Both the position numbers and the translations under genes were made by a program. From Minisyncoccia bacterium (GTDB taxonomy: Bacteria > Patescibacteriota > Minisyncoccia > Phycocordibacterales > UBA9973), in assembly GCA_044229265.1 (NCBI GenBank), contig JBGATK010000004.1, forward strand, positions 252 through 64,251: a DNA stretch of 64,000 nt, read 5' to 3'. Shown one piece after another: positions 27,267 to 36,575 of the stretch (its first letter is position 1; every line of letters begins with the position of its first letter). The notes beneath the pieces were generated by a model. It did no database searches, was not told the DNA's origin, and saw only the letters and a program-made list of their open reading frames with translations.

Positions 27267-30200
27267 ATGGCAGATAAAGAAGCAAAAAATACAAAAAGTG
27301 AAAATTCTATACGAGAAGAAAAAATTCTCGCATTTTGGCGTGAGAATAAAATTTTTGAAAAGAGTTTGGATCCAAAAACCGCCCCATTAGGTTCGGTCAA
27401 GGGTGAGTTTGTGTTTTATGAAGGTCCGCCTACAGCAAATGGCAAGCCAGGAATTCACCATTTAGAAGCTCGTGCTTTTAAGGATGCAATTCCAAGGTAT
27501 AAAACCATGCAAGGTTACCATGTCCGCAGAAAGGGTGGTTGGGATACTCATGGGCTTCCAGTAGAACTTCAGGTTGAGAAAAAGCTCGGGCTTAATTCTA
27601 AAAAAGCTATCGAAGAATACGGCATTGCTAAATTTAATAAAGAATGCAAAGAAAATGTTTGGGAATATTTAGAATTTTGGAATAAATTTACTGAACGTAT
27701 AGGATACTGGGTAGATCAAAAAGATCCATATGTTACATATCATAATTCTTATATAGAATCAGTTTGGAATGTGGTCAAAAAAATAGACGAACAAAATTTA
27801 CTTTATAAAGATTATAAAGTAGTGCCTTGGTGTCCTAGGTGTGGCACAGCACTTTCTTCACACGAGCTCGCTCAAGGTTACAGCGATGTGAAAGATTTAT
27901 CTATTACTGCAAAATTTAAAATCGTAGGTTTTGAAGATGCTTACTTTTTAGCTTGGACTACCACTCCTTGGACAATTCCTGGTAATGTGGCCTTAGCTGT
28001 AGGAGCGGATATAACTTATGTTGAGATTAAAGTTGTAAAAGAAAATGCTGGAGAAAAAACAAATGAGATTTTAGTTTTAGCTAAAGACAGGTTATCAATA
28101 ATAGAAGGTGAGTATGAAATAATTGCAGAGCACAAAGGTAGCTCTATGGCGGGCATGCAATATGAGCCACTTTTCCCATATTTACAAAATATTTTAAAAG
28201 GAAATGGTGAAGATACAGAAAAAGCTTTTAAAGTATATGTGGCAGACTTTGTAAATACAGAGGATGGTACAGGCATAGTGCATACAGCAGTTATGTATGG
28301 TGCAGATGATTTTGACCTCGGAACAAAAGTTGGTTTGCCAAAATTGCATCTCGTAAATCCTGAAGGTAATTTTATAGACGGCACAGATTTCCTCGCAGGG
28401 AGATTTGTAAAAGAAAAAGATGAAAATAATAAGCCAACTCTAGATGTAGATATTATAAAATACTTGCAAGAGAAAAATTTATTTTTTAAAAAAGAACTTT
28501 ACGAGCACTCATATCCGCATTGCTGGCGTTGCAAAACAGCTCTTGTATACTATGCAAGAGATTCTTGGTATATACGAATGACGGAACCAAAGATCAAAGA
28601 AGCTTTGGTAAAAGAAAATGAAAAAATTTCTTGGGAACCAAATAATATAAAAGAAGGACGCTTTGGTGAGTGGCTCGCAGGTATAAAAGATTGGGCTATT
28701 TCACGTGAGAGGTATTGGGGCACACCACTACCGGTATGGCTATCTCTTGATGGCGAAAAAATAATTGCAGATTCTGTGAGCACAATAAAGAATCTTGTTA
28801 AAAAATCTGGTAATAAATATTTTGTAATGAGGCACGGTGGCACTGAAGGTAATGCGAGTGATACTGTGAGTTTTAAAAATGAGTCCAATGATAATTTAAC
28901 TGAGAAAGGCATACAGCAAGTACGCTCTGAAATAGGGCATTACAAAGGCAAGGTGGATATGGTAATTTGCTCACCATTTGCTCGCACTCGCGAAACCGCA
29001 GCTATTGTTTGTGAGGAACTGGGCTTGGGTAAAGAAAATTTAATTATAGATGAACGCCTGCACGAAATTAATCCAGGTATTTTTGACGGAAAAAATTGGA
29101 ACGAATATCATGATTATGTTTACGATAAAGATGGAGAGTGGTTTACACATAGAATTCCAGAGGGTGAATCATTTCAAGAAGTAGGAAAAAGAGTAGGAGA
29201 GGCTCTGTATGAAGCTGAACAAAAATATCAAAATAAAAATATTTTATTTATTACTCATGGTGGTCCAGCGTGGCTTTTTTATGTAGTTGCGGGAGAATAT
29301 TTGCCAGAGAATAAAGAATATCAAAAAGCTGATACGAATGCTTTCGTAAAAGAATTTAAGCGTTTCCAAAATGCAGAAATTAGAGAACTTAATTTCGCAC
29401 CACTTCCACATAATGATAATTTTGAGCTCGACTTGCACCGACCTTACATAGACACCATTATTTTAGAAAAAGATGGCAAAGAATATAAACGCACTAAAGA
29501 GGTCATGGATGTATGGTTTGATTCTGGGGCTATGCCTTTTGCACAAGATCATTATCCATTTGAAAATAAAGAATTGGTAGATGGAGTAGGTTTTCCCGCT
29601 GATTATATTTCGGAAGCAATAGATCAAACAAGAGGTTGGTTCTATACTTTACATGCTATTGGTGTTTTGATGGGTAGGGGTAATGCATATAAAAATGTAA
29701 TTTGCTTAGGACATATTTTGGACGATAAAGGTAAAAAAATGAGTAAATCTCTAGGCAATATTGTTGACCCATGGATTATGATGGAAAAATACGGAGTAGA
29801 TACTTTGCGTCTCTGGATGTATTCTGTGAATCAGCCCGGTGAATCAAAAAATTTTGATGAGAAAACTGTTGCACTTTTAAATCAACAAGTTTTCGGTTTA
29901 CTTTACAATGTTTTATCTTTTTATGAAATTTATCGTGATAAGGATTTGGAAAATAATGAAAATATAAAAAGTGAAAATCTTTTAGATCTTTGGATTTTGG
30001 CAAGATATGAAGAATTAAATAATTTAGCGCAAAAGAATCTGGATAATTATAAATTATTAGAACCAGTTCGTGCAATTCGTGAATTCGTAGGAGACCTTTC
30101 TACTTGGTATTTGCGTCGCTCGAGAGATAGAATAAAAGACGAAGACAAAAATGCAAGGCAGACTTTGTATTTCGTTTTGAAAAATCTTGCAAAAATTCTT

Positions 30201-30779
30201 GCTCCTTTTGCACCATTTTCTGCTGAAGATATTTGGCAGAAATTAAAAAACAAAGAAGATGAAGAAAGTGTGCACTTGGCTTCTTGGCCTGAATCAAAAA
30301 AAGTAAATGATAAAATCATTACAGATATGAGTAAGGTTCGGGATATGGTTTCGAGAGGATTACAGCTTCGTCAAAAAGCGGGTATCCCCGTGCGTCAGCC
30401 ACTTGCTAGTTTCCAAATCAATGAACAAGAAATAGACACAGAGTATTTAGAAATTATAAAAGATGAATTAAATGTAAAAGATGTAGTGAAAGGGCAAGAA
30501 ATATCTATTGATTTAAATATAACTCCAGAACTTAAGCAGGAGGGAATATACCGTGAGATCGTTCGAGGAGTGCAAGATATGCGTAAAGAAATAGGTTTGA
30601 TACCTTCGGATATAATTTCTTTGTATATAAATACAGACAAAACAGGACAAGAGATTGTAAATAAATTTTTAGATGACATGCTAAAAACTGTTGGATCAAA
30701 AGAAGTAATATTTACTGAAAACGATGGTATAGAGATAAAAATAGGCGAACAAGTATTTAAAATTAAAATTCAAAAATAA
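27267..30779 (+). CDS. ileS: Isoleucine--tRNA ligase (type 2-like) with an inserted histidine-phosphatase (PGAM-like) domain
   Basis: PPTANGKPGIHH, WCPRCGTALS, WAISRERYWGTPLPVW, DLHRPYID, KMSKS (KKMSKSLGN). Residues about 515-708 carry RHG...N and ITHGG phosphatase motifs between the WGTPLP and DLHRPYID blocks. Confidence 0.85.
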   Translation: MADKEAKNTKSENSIREEKILAFWRENKIFEKSLDPKTAPLGSVKGEFVFYEGPPTANGKPGIHHLEARAFKDAIPRYKTMQGYHVRRKGGWDTHGLPVELQVEKKLGLNSKKAIEEYGIAKFNKECKENVWEYLEFWNKFTERIGYWVDQKDPYVTYHNSYIESVWNVVKKIDEQNLLYKDYKVVPWCPRCGTALSSHELAQGYSDVKDLSITAKFKIVGFEDAYFLAWTTTPWTIPGNVALAVGADITYVEIKVVKENAGEKTNEILVLAKDRLSIIEGEYEIIAEHKGSSMAGMQYEPLFPYLQNILKGNGEDTEKAFKVYVADFVNTEDGTGIVHTAVMYGADDFDLGTKVGLPKLHLVNPEGNFIDGTDFLAGRFVKEKDENNKPTLDVDIIKYLQEKNLFFKKELYEHSYPHCWRCKTALVYYARDSWYIRMTEPKIKEALVKENEKISWEPNNIKEGRFGEWLAGIKDWAISRERYWGTPLPVWLSLDGEKIIADSVSTIKNLVKKSGNKYFVMRHGGTEGNASDTVSFKNESNDNLTEKGIQQVRSEIGHYKGKVDMVICSPFARTRETAAIVCEELGLGKENLIIDERLHEINPGIFDGKNWNEYHDYVYDKDGEWFTHRIPEGESFQEVGKRVGEALYEAEQKYQNKNILFITHGGPAWLFYVVAGEYLPENKEYQKADTNAFVKEFKRFQNAEIRELNFAPLPHNDNFELDLHRPYIDTIILEKDGKEYKRTKEVMDVWFDSGAMPFAQDHYPFENKELVDGVGFPADYISEAIDQTRGWFYTLHAIGVLMGRGNAYKNVICLGHILDDKGKKMSKSLGNIVDPWIMMEKYGVDTLRLWMYSVNQPGESKNFDEKTVALLNQQVFGLLYNVLSFYEIYRDKDLENNENIKSENLLDLWILARYEELNNLAQKNLDNYKLLEPVRAIREFVGDLSTWYLRRSRDRIKDEDKNARQTLYFVLKNLAKILAPFAPFSAEDIWQKLKNKEDEESVHLASWPESKKVNDKIITDMSKVRDMVSRGLQLRQKAGIPVRQPLASFQINEQEIDTEYLEIIKDELNVKDVVKGQEISIDLNITPELKQEGIYREIVRGVQDMRKEIGLIPSDIISLYINTDKTGQEIVNKFLDDMLKTVGSKEVIFTENDGIEIKIGEQVFKIKIQK

Positions 30780-30794
30780 TAAAACCAAGATTCC

Positions 30795-31457
30795 ATGGAA
30801 AGTGATAGAAATATTTTAAACATTTACAAAAAATACAAAATCATGAGCAATTTACAGCTACACATGCTTCGTGTGGCTTCTGTGGCGTCGATGATTTCTG
30901 ATAATTGGACAGGCCAGGAGGTGATAGATAAAGAGAAATTAATTACAGCAGCCTTGCTCCATGATATGGGGAATATTATAAAAATACGACTTGAACATCT
31001 TCCAGAACTTATTAAAGATGAAAGACTAGAATATTTACAAGAAATTAAAAAAGAGTTTATTTTAAGATATGGAAATGATGAGCATAAAGCCACGCTTGAA
31101 ATTTTAAAAGAACTAAATCTAAATGAGGAAATCACTTATTTAATAAATGGTGTTGGGCATTTACATTTTTGTGATCAATTAAATAGTGACAATATAAATA
31201 TAAAAATTTTAAATTATGCGGACACCAGAGTGGGTCCTTTTGGAATATTATCATATGAAGACAGAATGACAGAAGTTTCTTTACGCTATAAGCAATATGG
31301 TAATTTTATTGGAGATGAAATACACGAAAAGGGTGTGTCTTGTGGTAGGGAAATAGAGAATCAAATATTCGCAAATTGCAAAATTAAACCAGTAGACATT
31401 ACCGAAGATTCTTGTAAAAATATGATAGAAGAATTAAAAAATTTCGTGGTAAGATAA
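30795..31457 (+). CDS. HD-domain phosphohydrolase
   Basis: H...HD motif (LHMLRVASV ... ALLHDMGN). Confidence 0.65.
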   Translation: MESDRNILNIYKKYKIMSNLQLHMLRVASVASMISDNWTGQEVIDKEKLITAALLHDMGNIIKIRLEHLPELIKDERLEYLQEIKKEFILRYGNDEHKATLEILKELNLNEEITYLINGVGHLHFCDQLNSDNINIKILNYADTRVGPFGILSYEDRMTEVSLRYKQYGNFIGDEIHEKGVSCGREIENQIFANCKIKPVDITEDSCKNMIEELKNFVVR

Positions 31458-31461
31458 ATTT

Positions 31462-32043
31462 ATGCAAATACAAAGACCTATTTCAGCTCAACCAATACCC
31501 AGTGAAGCAAAGCTCGTATTTAAAGGAATACTTTTTGATACTTATCAGTGGGAACAAGAAATGTATGATGGTAAGAAAAAGACTTTTGAGAAATTAAAAA
31601 GGCCAGATTCTGTGGCAGTTTTCCCAATTTTACCGAATGGAAAAATTTTACTTACTAGACAATCCCAACCTGGGCGCGATGAATTTACAGATGTGCCAAG
31701 TGGTAGAGTAGATGAAGGGGAAGACCCACTAGAAGCAGGCCTGCGTGAGTTAAAAGAAGAGACTGGCTATACTTCAAAAGATATAGTTTTATGGAAAGCC
31801 GAGCATGCAACTACAAAAATTGACTGGGTTACTTATGTATTCATAGCTCATAATTGTGAAAAAGTCAGTGGCATGGAAATAGACAATGGCGAGAAGATTG
31901 AGCTTTTTGAAGCGAGTCTCGATGAACTCTTGGAACTTTCCCAAAAGAAAGATTTTCGCGCCAAAGAAGTAGTGGTAGAATTACTGCATGCTTTTTATGA
32001 TGAAAACAAAAAAGCAGAATTAAAAAAAATATTTGGGATATAA
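31462..32043 (+). CDS. NUDIX hydrolase (ADP-ribose pyrophosphatase-like)
   Basis: Nudix box GRVDEGEDPLEAGLRELKEETGY. Confidence 0.75.
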   Translation: MQIQRPISAQPIPSEAKLVFKGILFDTYQWEQEMYDGKKKTFEKLKRPDSVAVFPILPNGKILLTRQSQPGRDEFTDVPSGRVDEGEDPLEAGLRELKEETGYTSKDIVLWKAEHATTKIDWVTYVFIAHNCEKVSGMEIDNGEKIELFEASLDELLELSQKKDFRAKEVVVELLHAFYDENKKAELKKIFGI

Positions 32044-32689
32044 ATTTATGAAAATCAAGAAATTAGGACACTGCTCGTTTGTGGCAGAAATAAATGGAAA
32101 AAGGATAATGACAGATCCGAGCAATTCTGACTATGGAGGCGCTTCGGTAGATGAGCGGGATATTGATCTTGTGCTTATTACGCATGAGCATGCAGATCAT
32201 TTACATATCGATACACTCAAAATTATTTTACAAAATAATCCGGAGGCGAAAGTAATCACAAATACTTCTGTGGGCAAATTGCTCGCCGAAGCGGGGTTAG
32301 AATATATCAAAGTAGAAGATGGTGAAAATTATAACTTTTTCGGAATAGAAATTTCTGGCTTTGGAGACAAGCATGCGCAGATATATGAGGATTATGGGCA
32401 AGTTCAAAATACTGGTTATACTTTTGGTGGTCTGTGTTTCCCAGGTGATTCATTTAATATGCCAAACAGCAAAGTAGATATACTGGCTTTGCCAGTGTTT
32501 GGTCCATGGATGCAAATGAGTATGGCTATAGATTATGCAAAAAGTTTGAAACCCAGAGTTTGTTTTCCTGTGCATGATGCACCGCTAAAACCATTTGCTA
32601 CTTTTATATATAAAATTCCAGAACATTTTCTGAATAAAGTTGGTATTGAATTTAAAAAATTAGAAATTGGTATTGAAACAGAATTATAA
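32033..32689 (+). CDS. MBL-fold metallo-hydrolase
   Basis: HxHxDH motif (LITHEHADHLH). Confidence 0.7.
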   Translation: MGYKFMKIKKLGHCSFVAEINGKRIMTDPSNSDYGGASVDERDIDLVLITHEHADHLHIDTLKIILQNNPEAKVITNTSVGKLLAEAGLEYIKVEDGENYNFFGIEISGFGDKHAQIYEDYGQVQNTGYTFGGLCFPGDSFNMPNSKVDILALPVFGPWMQMSMAIDYAKSLKPRVCFPVHDAPLKPFATFIYKIPEHFLNKVGIEFKKLEIGIETEL

Positions 32690-33267
32690 TGCACCACATA
32701 TTTCACACAGAGGGCATAATATTGGGTAGTGGTAATTATGGTGAAGCAGGTAAGTATTACAAAGTATTAACACCAGATTTTGGTTTGGTTTTTGCTTCGG
32801 CCCAGGGTGTAAGGAAAATTTCTTCTAAATTAAGATTTGTTTTACAAGATTATTCTTATATTAAAATTGATTTATTGAAAGGTAGAGATATGTGGCGTAT
32901 AACTAGCGCTAGTAAAAGTGGAGAACTGCAAGGGTTCAGGGAAAACAATCAAGCTATGTTAGTATTCGCAAATATTTCTAATTTACTCATAAGACTTCTC
33001 GCAGGAGAAGAAGTGAATGAAAAATTATTTAGAAATTTATTTGAAGGTTTAAAAATTCTAGAAAAAGAAAAAGACATAGAAAAAATAAAAAATATTGAAA
33101 TAATTTTAGTACTGCGTATTTTGCATCAATTAGGTTATGTGGGTGGAGGTTTTGGAGTAGATGAAGCTATAAATTCTCCATTTTCAGATCTCATTTATTC
33201 TTCTTCTCTTAAGCGCAATATGCTTTTGCGTGAAGTAAATAAAATCTTGCGCGCAACACAAATGTAA
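32689..33267 (+). CDS. recO: DNA repair protein RecO (short form)
   Basis: N-terminal OB-fold block TEGIILGSGNYGEAGKYYKVLTPDFGLVFASAQGVRK..SKL resembles RecO; 192 aa is shorter than typical RecO. Confidence 0.5.
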   Translation: MHHIFHTEGIILGSGNYGEAGKYYKVLTPDFGLVFASAQGVRKISSKLRFVLQDYSYIKIDLLKGRDMWRITSASKSGELQGFRENNQAMLVFANISNLLIRLLAGEEVNEKLFRNLFEGLKILEKEKDIEKIKNIEIILVLRILHQLGYVGGGFGVDEAINSPFSDLIYSSSLKRNMLLREVNKILRATQM

Positions 33268-33304
33268 TTCTACAAAAATGTATTAAAATGGTATAATACG
33301 AATC

Positions 33305-35221
33305 ATGTCAGATGATAATGATAAAATAAGCAAAATAGATGACTTAAAAAGCAAGCTTTTTAGTAGGAATTATGAAACCAGGATGGTTCACCATGAGCAT
33401 TTTTCGGAAATGAATGACATAAAAGTCAAAGATAACTGGAGTGATAATACGGCCCCATTATTATCTAAAAGGGAACAATTTTTTATGCAAAATTCTTTTT
33501 TTAAAAAATTTTTTATTTTCTCGGTAATTTTTCTTATCGGCGCTATTATATTTGCTGGTTTTAGTTTTTTTTATGGCAATAATACTATTTCTAATGACAA
33601 TATAGAGATTTCCGTACTCGGTAGTAGTTTTGCTACTGGGGGCGAGGAGCTGCCTTTAGTAATAGAAATTGAAAATAAAAATAATTCAGCCATGCTGTCC
33701 GTAGACTTAATAGCTGAATATCCAAAAGATGCTAAAGGTAAAACCGAGCGCTCGCGCCTGAGCCTAGGAGACATATCTTCAAATAGTACAAAGAGTCAAA
33801 ATATTTCTTTGGTTCTTTTTGGTGAACAAGGAACAATAAATAAAATTAAATTTGAAGTCGAGTATCGTATCGCTAATTCTAATGCAATTTTAGTAAAAGA
33901 AAAATATTATGAAGTAACTATAAATTCAACACCGATAAATTTATCGATTGATGCACCGAGTGATATTAGTCCAAATGAAGAAATAACTCTAAAAACAAAG
34001 GTTTCTTTGAATGGCAGTAAAGTTATGCAAAAAGTATTAGTGCGAGTGGATTATCCAATAGGTTTTCAATTCTCTTCATCCATACCAGCACCAACTTTTG
34101 GCAATAACACATTTTTTCTTGGCGACCTTTCGCCAGGAGTAGAACAAGAGATCATCGTAAAAGGCAAAATGGTAGATGTAGAAGACGGTGAAGAAAAATC
34201 TTTCAGAGTATGGAGTGGCACTCAATCATCTGAAGATAAAAAAGAGATAGCCAAAGTTTTAAATTCTTTTGCTCATATTGTCCTTATAAAGAGAGCCTTC
34301 ATAGAAGCTCGCATTTCTATAGGAAATACTTACCAAAAAGAATATACTGTCGAGTCTCGCGATTCTATCCAAGTAGGTATTGATTGGGCTAATAATTTAG
34401 ATACAAAAGTTTCTGATTTTGAAATTCGTGCTAAATTATCAGGCAATGTTTTGGATCGTAAACGCATAGTAGTCCAAGATGGTTTTTATGATTCCGCAAC
34501 TGATGAAATTATTTGGGATAAAAATTCGTATACAAAATTTAAATCTATAGAGCCCGGTGAAACAGGGGGTGTGTATTTTTCTCTATCATCATTACCACTT
34601 TATTCTTCTTTCGATGGTTTAGTGTCTAGCCCAAGTATTAGTATTTCTTCTGTTGTTTCTGGTAGGCAAGCACTTGAAGGCAATATTAATGAACAAGTAA
34701 AAAGTGGCGAAACGAAAGTGATTAAAATTATTACTGACATGTCTTTTGCTGTAAAGTCCGCATACAATTCTACTCTTATAAAAAATACTGGACCTATACC
34801 ACCCAAAGTAGGCAAGGAAACCTCTTATACTATAACTTGGTCTATTTCTAATACTGCAAATAGTATTTCCAAAGCTGAGATTAGATCAAAAATTCCTTCT
34901 TGGATAAAATGGAAGGGCGTGATTTCACCTTCTAGTGAATCAATAACGTATGATCAAAATACTCGCGAGATAGTCTGGAATGCCGGTAGGGTAAATCGGG
35001 GAGCAGGCCTTACTACAACTGCCAGGGAAGTATCTTTCCAGCTTTCTTTCACACCATCACTTTCTCAAGTAGATACTTCTCCAAATATTTTAAGTGAGAG
35101 TATTTTGACGGCGCACGATGATTTTGCTAATGTGGATTTAAGGGCAACAAAATCAGCTTTAACTACTAAGCTAAATAATGATAATATTGTTTCCGGCTCT
35201 AGCGGAGTAGTTGTAGAATAA
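33305..35221 (+). CDS. Hypothetical large membrane-anchored beta-rich ectodomain protein
   Basis: About 70-aa cytoplasmic N-terminus, one TM (FFIFSVIFLIGAIIFAGFSFFYG), about 540-aa Ser/Thr/Asn-rich extracytoplasmic region. No catalytic motif recognised. Confidence 0.45.
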   Translation: MSDDNDKISKIDDLKSKLFSRNYETRMVHHEHFSEMNDIKVKDNWSDNTAPLLSKREQFFMQNSFFKKFFIFSVIFLIGAIIFAGFSFFYGNNTISNDNIEISVLGSSFATGGEELPLVIEIENKNNSAMLSVDLIAEYPKDAKGKTERSRLSLGDISSNSTKSQNISLVLFGEQGTINKIKFEVEYRIANSNAILVKEKYYEVTINSTPINLSIDAPSDISPNEEITLKTKVSLNGSKVMQKVLVRVDYPIGFQFSSSIPAPTFGNNTFFLGDLSPGVEQEIIVKGKMVDVEDGEEKSFRVWSGTQSSEDKKEIAKVLNSFAHIVLIKRAFIEARISIGNTYQKEYTVESRDSIQVGIDWANNLDTKVSDFEIRAKLSGNVLDRKRIVVQDGFYDSATDEIIWDKNSYTKFKSIEPGETGGVYFSLSSLPLYSSFDGLVSSPSISISSVVSGRQALEGNINEQVKSGETKVIKIITDMSFAVKSAYNSTLIKNTGPIPPKVGKETSYTITWSISNTANSISKAEIRSKIPSWIKWKGVISPSSESITYDQNTREIVWNAGRVNRGAGLTTTAREVSFQLSFTPSLSQVDTSPNILSESILTAHDDFANVDLRATKSALTTKLNNDNIVSGSSGVVVE

Positions 35222-35225
35222 ATAT

Positions 35226-36575
35226 ATGAAAGAAGATAAAAATATAAAAGAAAATGAATTAATGGAAAAGATAGTCAGCCTTTGTAAAAGGCGAGGTTTT
35301 GTATTTTCTGGTAGTGAGATTTATGGCGGGCTTGCTGGCACATACGACTATGGACACTACGGAGGAGAACTTTTGCATAATATAAAAAATTCGTGGTGGA
35401 AAAAATTTGTGTCTAGTAGGAGAGACATGTATGGTATTCGTGCTGCGATACTAATGCGACAAGAAGTCTGGCAGGCGACAGGTCATGTGGCAAATTTTGC
35501 CGACCCGATGGTAGAATGCTCTGAATGCAAAACTCGTTTTAGAGAGGATCATGTATTAATAAAAAAAGAAGGTAATTTGGATAATTTTCATGTATGTCCA
35601 AATTGTGGAGGTATACTTGGTCCAGCAAAACAATTTAATATGATGTTTCAAACGAAAGTTGGCGCTAGTGAGGATTCTTCGGCTACATCATATTTGCGTC
35701 CCGAAACTGCGCAAGGTATATTTGTAAATTTTAAAAATACGGTAGATGCTTACCACCCGAAACTTCCTTTTGGTATAGCGCAAATAGGTAAAGCTTTCAG
35801 AAATGAAATAACACCGAGAGATTTTCTTTTTCGCCAAAGAGAATTCGAGCAAATGGAAATAGAGTATTTTGTTCGTGAAGGTGATTGGGAAAAATATTTT
35901 GAATATTTTAAAGACGAGATGCTTGAATGGATGTCCGAAGTTGGTATAGATATGAATAAAGTGCATGAGCTTGAGGTCGCAAAAGAAGACTTAGCTCATT
36001 ATTCTTCTCGAACAGTGGATTTTGAATTTGATTATCCTTTCGGCCGTAAAGAACTTTTTGGTCTAGCATATCGCGGAGATTTTGATTTGAAAACTCACAA
36101 ATTAGAATATATTGACGAAGAAAATGCTACAAAAATTACTCCGCATGTTATCGAACCTTCTTTTGGTGTCGACCGTGCATTCCTGGCGCTCATGCTTTCG
36201 GCTTACAATGAGGATAATAGCGGAGAAGATACTCGCGTTTTTCTAAAATTCAAACCAAGTATTGCGCCGATAGTAGCCTGCGTATCACCACTTCTTAAAA
36301 ATAAACCTGAGCTTGTAAAAAAAGCTGAAGAGCTTTTTAGTATTTTAAAAAATGAATTTGGGAATGTGGATTATGACGACAATGGAAACATCGGCAAGCG
36401 CTACAGAAGGCAAGATGAGATAGGCACACCGTGGTGCATCGTAGTGGACTTTGATACTCTCGGCGAGAATCCAGATTTACTAGATACTGTGACAGTGCGG
36501 GATAGAGATACAGGGGCTCAAGAGCGAATAAAAATTTCTGATTTGGTGAATTTTATAAAAGGGAAACTCGCATAA
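35226..36575 (+). CDS. glyQS: Glycine--tRNA ligase (alpha2 dimeric type)
   Basis: FSGSEIYGGLAGTYDYGHYGGELLHNIKNSWW is typical of the dimeric GlyRS N-terminus; class II motifs and a C-terminal anticodon-binding domain. Confidence 0.85.
   Translation: MKEDKNIKENELMEKIVSLCKRRGFVFSGSEIYGGLAGTYDYGHYGGELLHNIKNSWWKKFVSSRRDMYGIRAAILMRQEVWQATGHVANFADPMVECSECKTRFREDHVLIKKEGNLDNFHVCPNCGGILGPAKQFNMMFQTKVGASEDSSATSYLRPETAQGIFVNFKNTVDAYHPKLPFGIAQIGKAFRNEITPRDFLFRQREFEQMEIEYFVREGDWEKYFEYFKDEMLEWMSEVGIDMNKVHELEVAKEDLAHYSSRTVDFEFDYPFGRKELFGLAYRGDFDLKTHKLEYIDEENATKITPHVIEPSFGVDRAFLALMLSAYNEDNSGEDTRVFLKFKPSIAPIVACVSPLLKNKPELVKKAEELFSILKNEFGNVDYDDNGNIGKRYRRQDEIGTPWCIVVDFDTLGENPDLLDTVTVRDRDTGAQERIKISDLVNFIKGKLA

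Noticed and set aside
28809-29390. Intein as an explanation for the extra IleRS segment
   Set aside because: There is no N-terminal Cys/Ser/Thr splice residue and no C-terminal His-Asn plus Cys/Ser/Thr, and no endonuclease motifs. Clear RHG/HGG phosphatase motifs are present instead.
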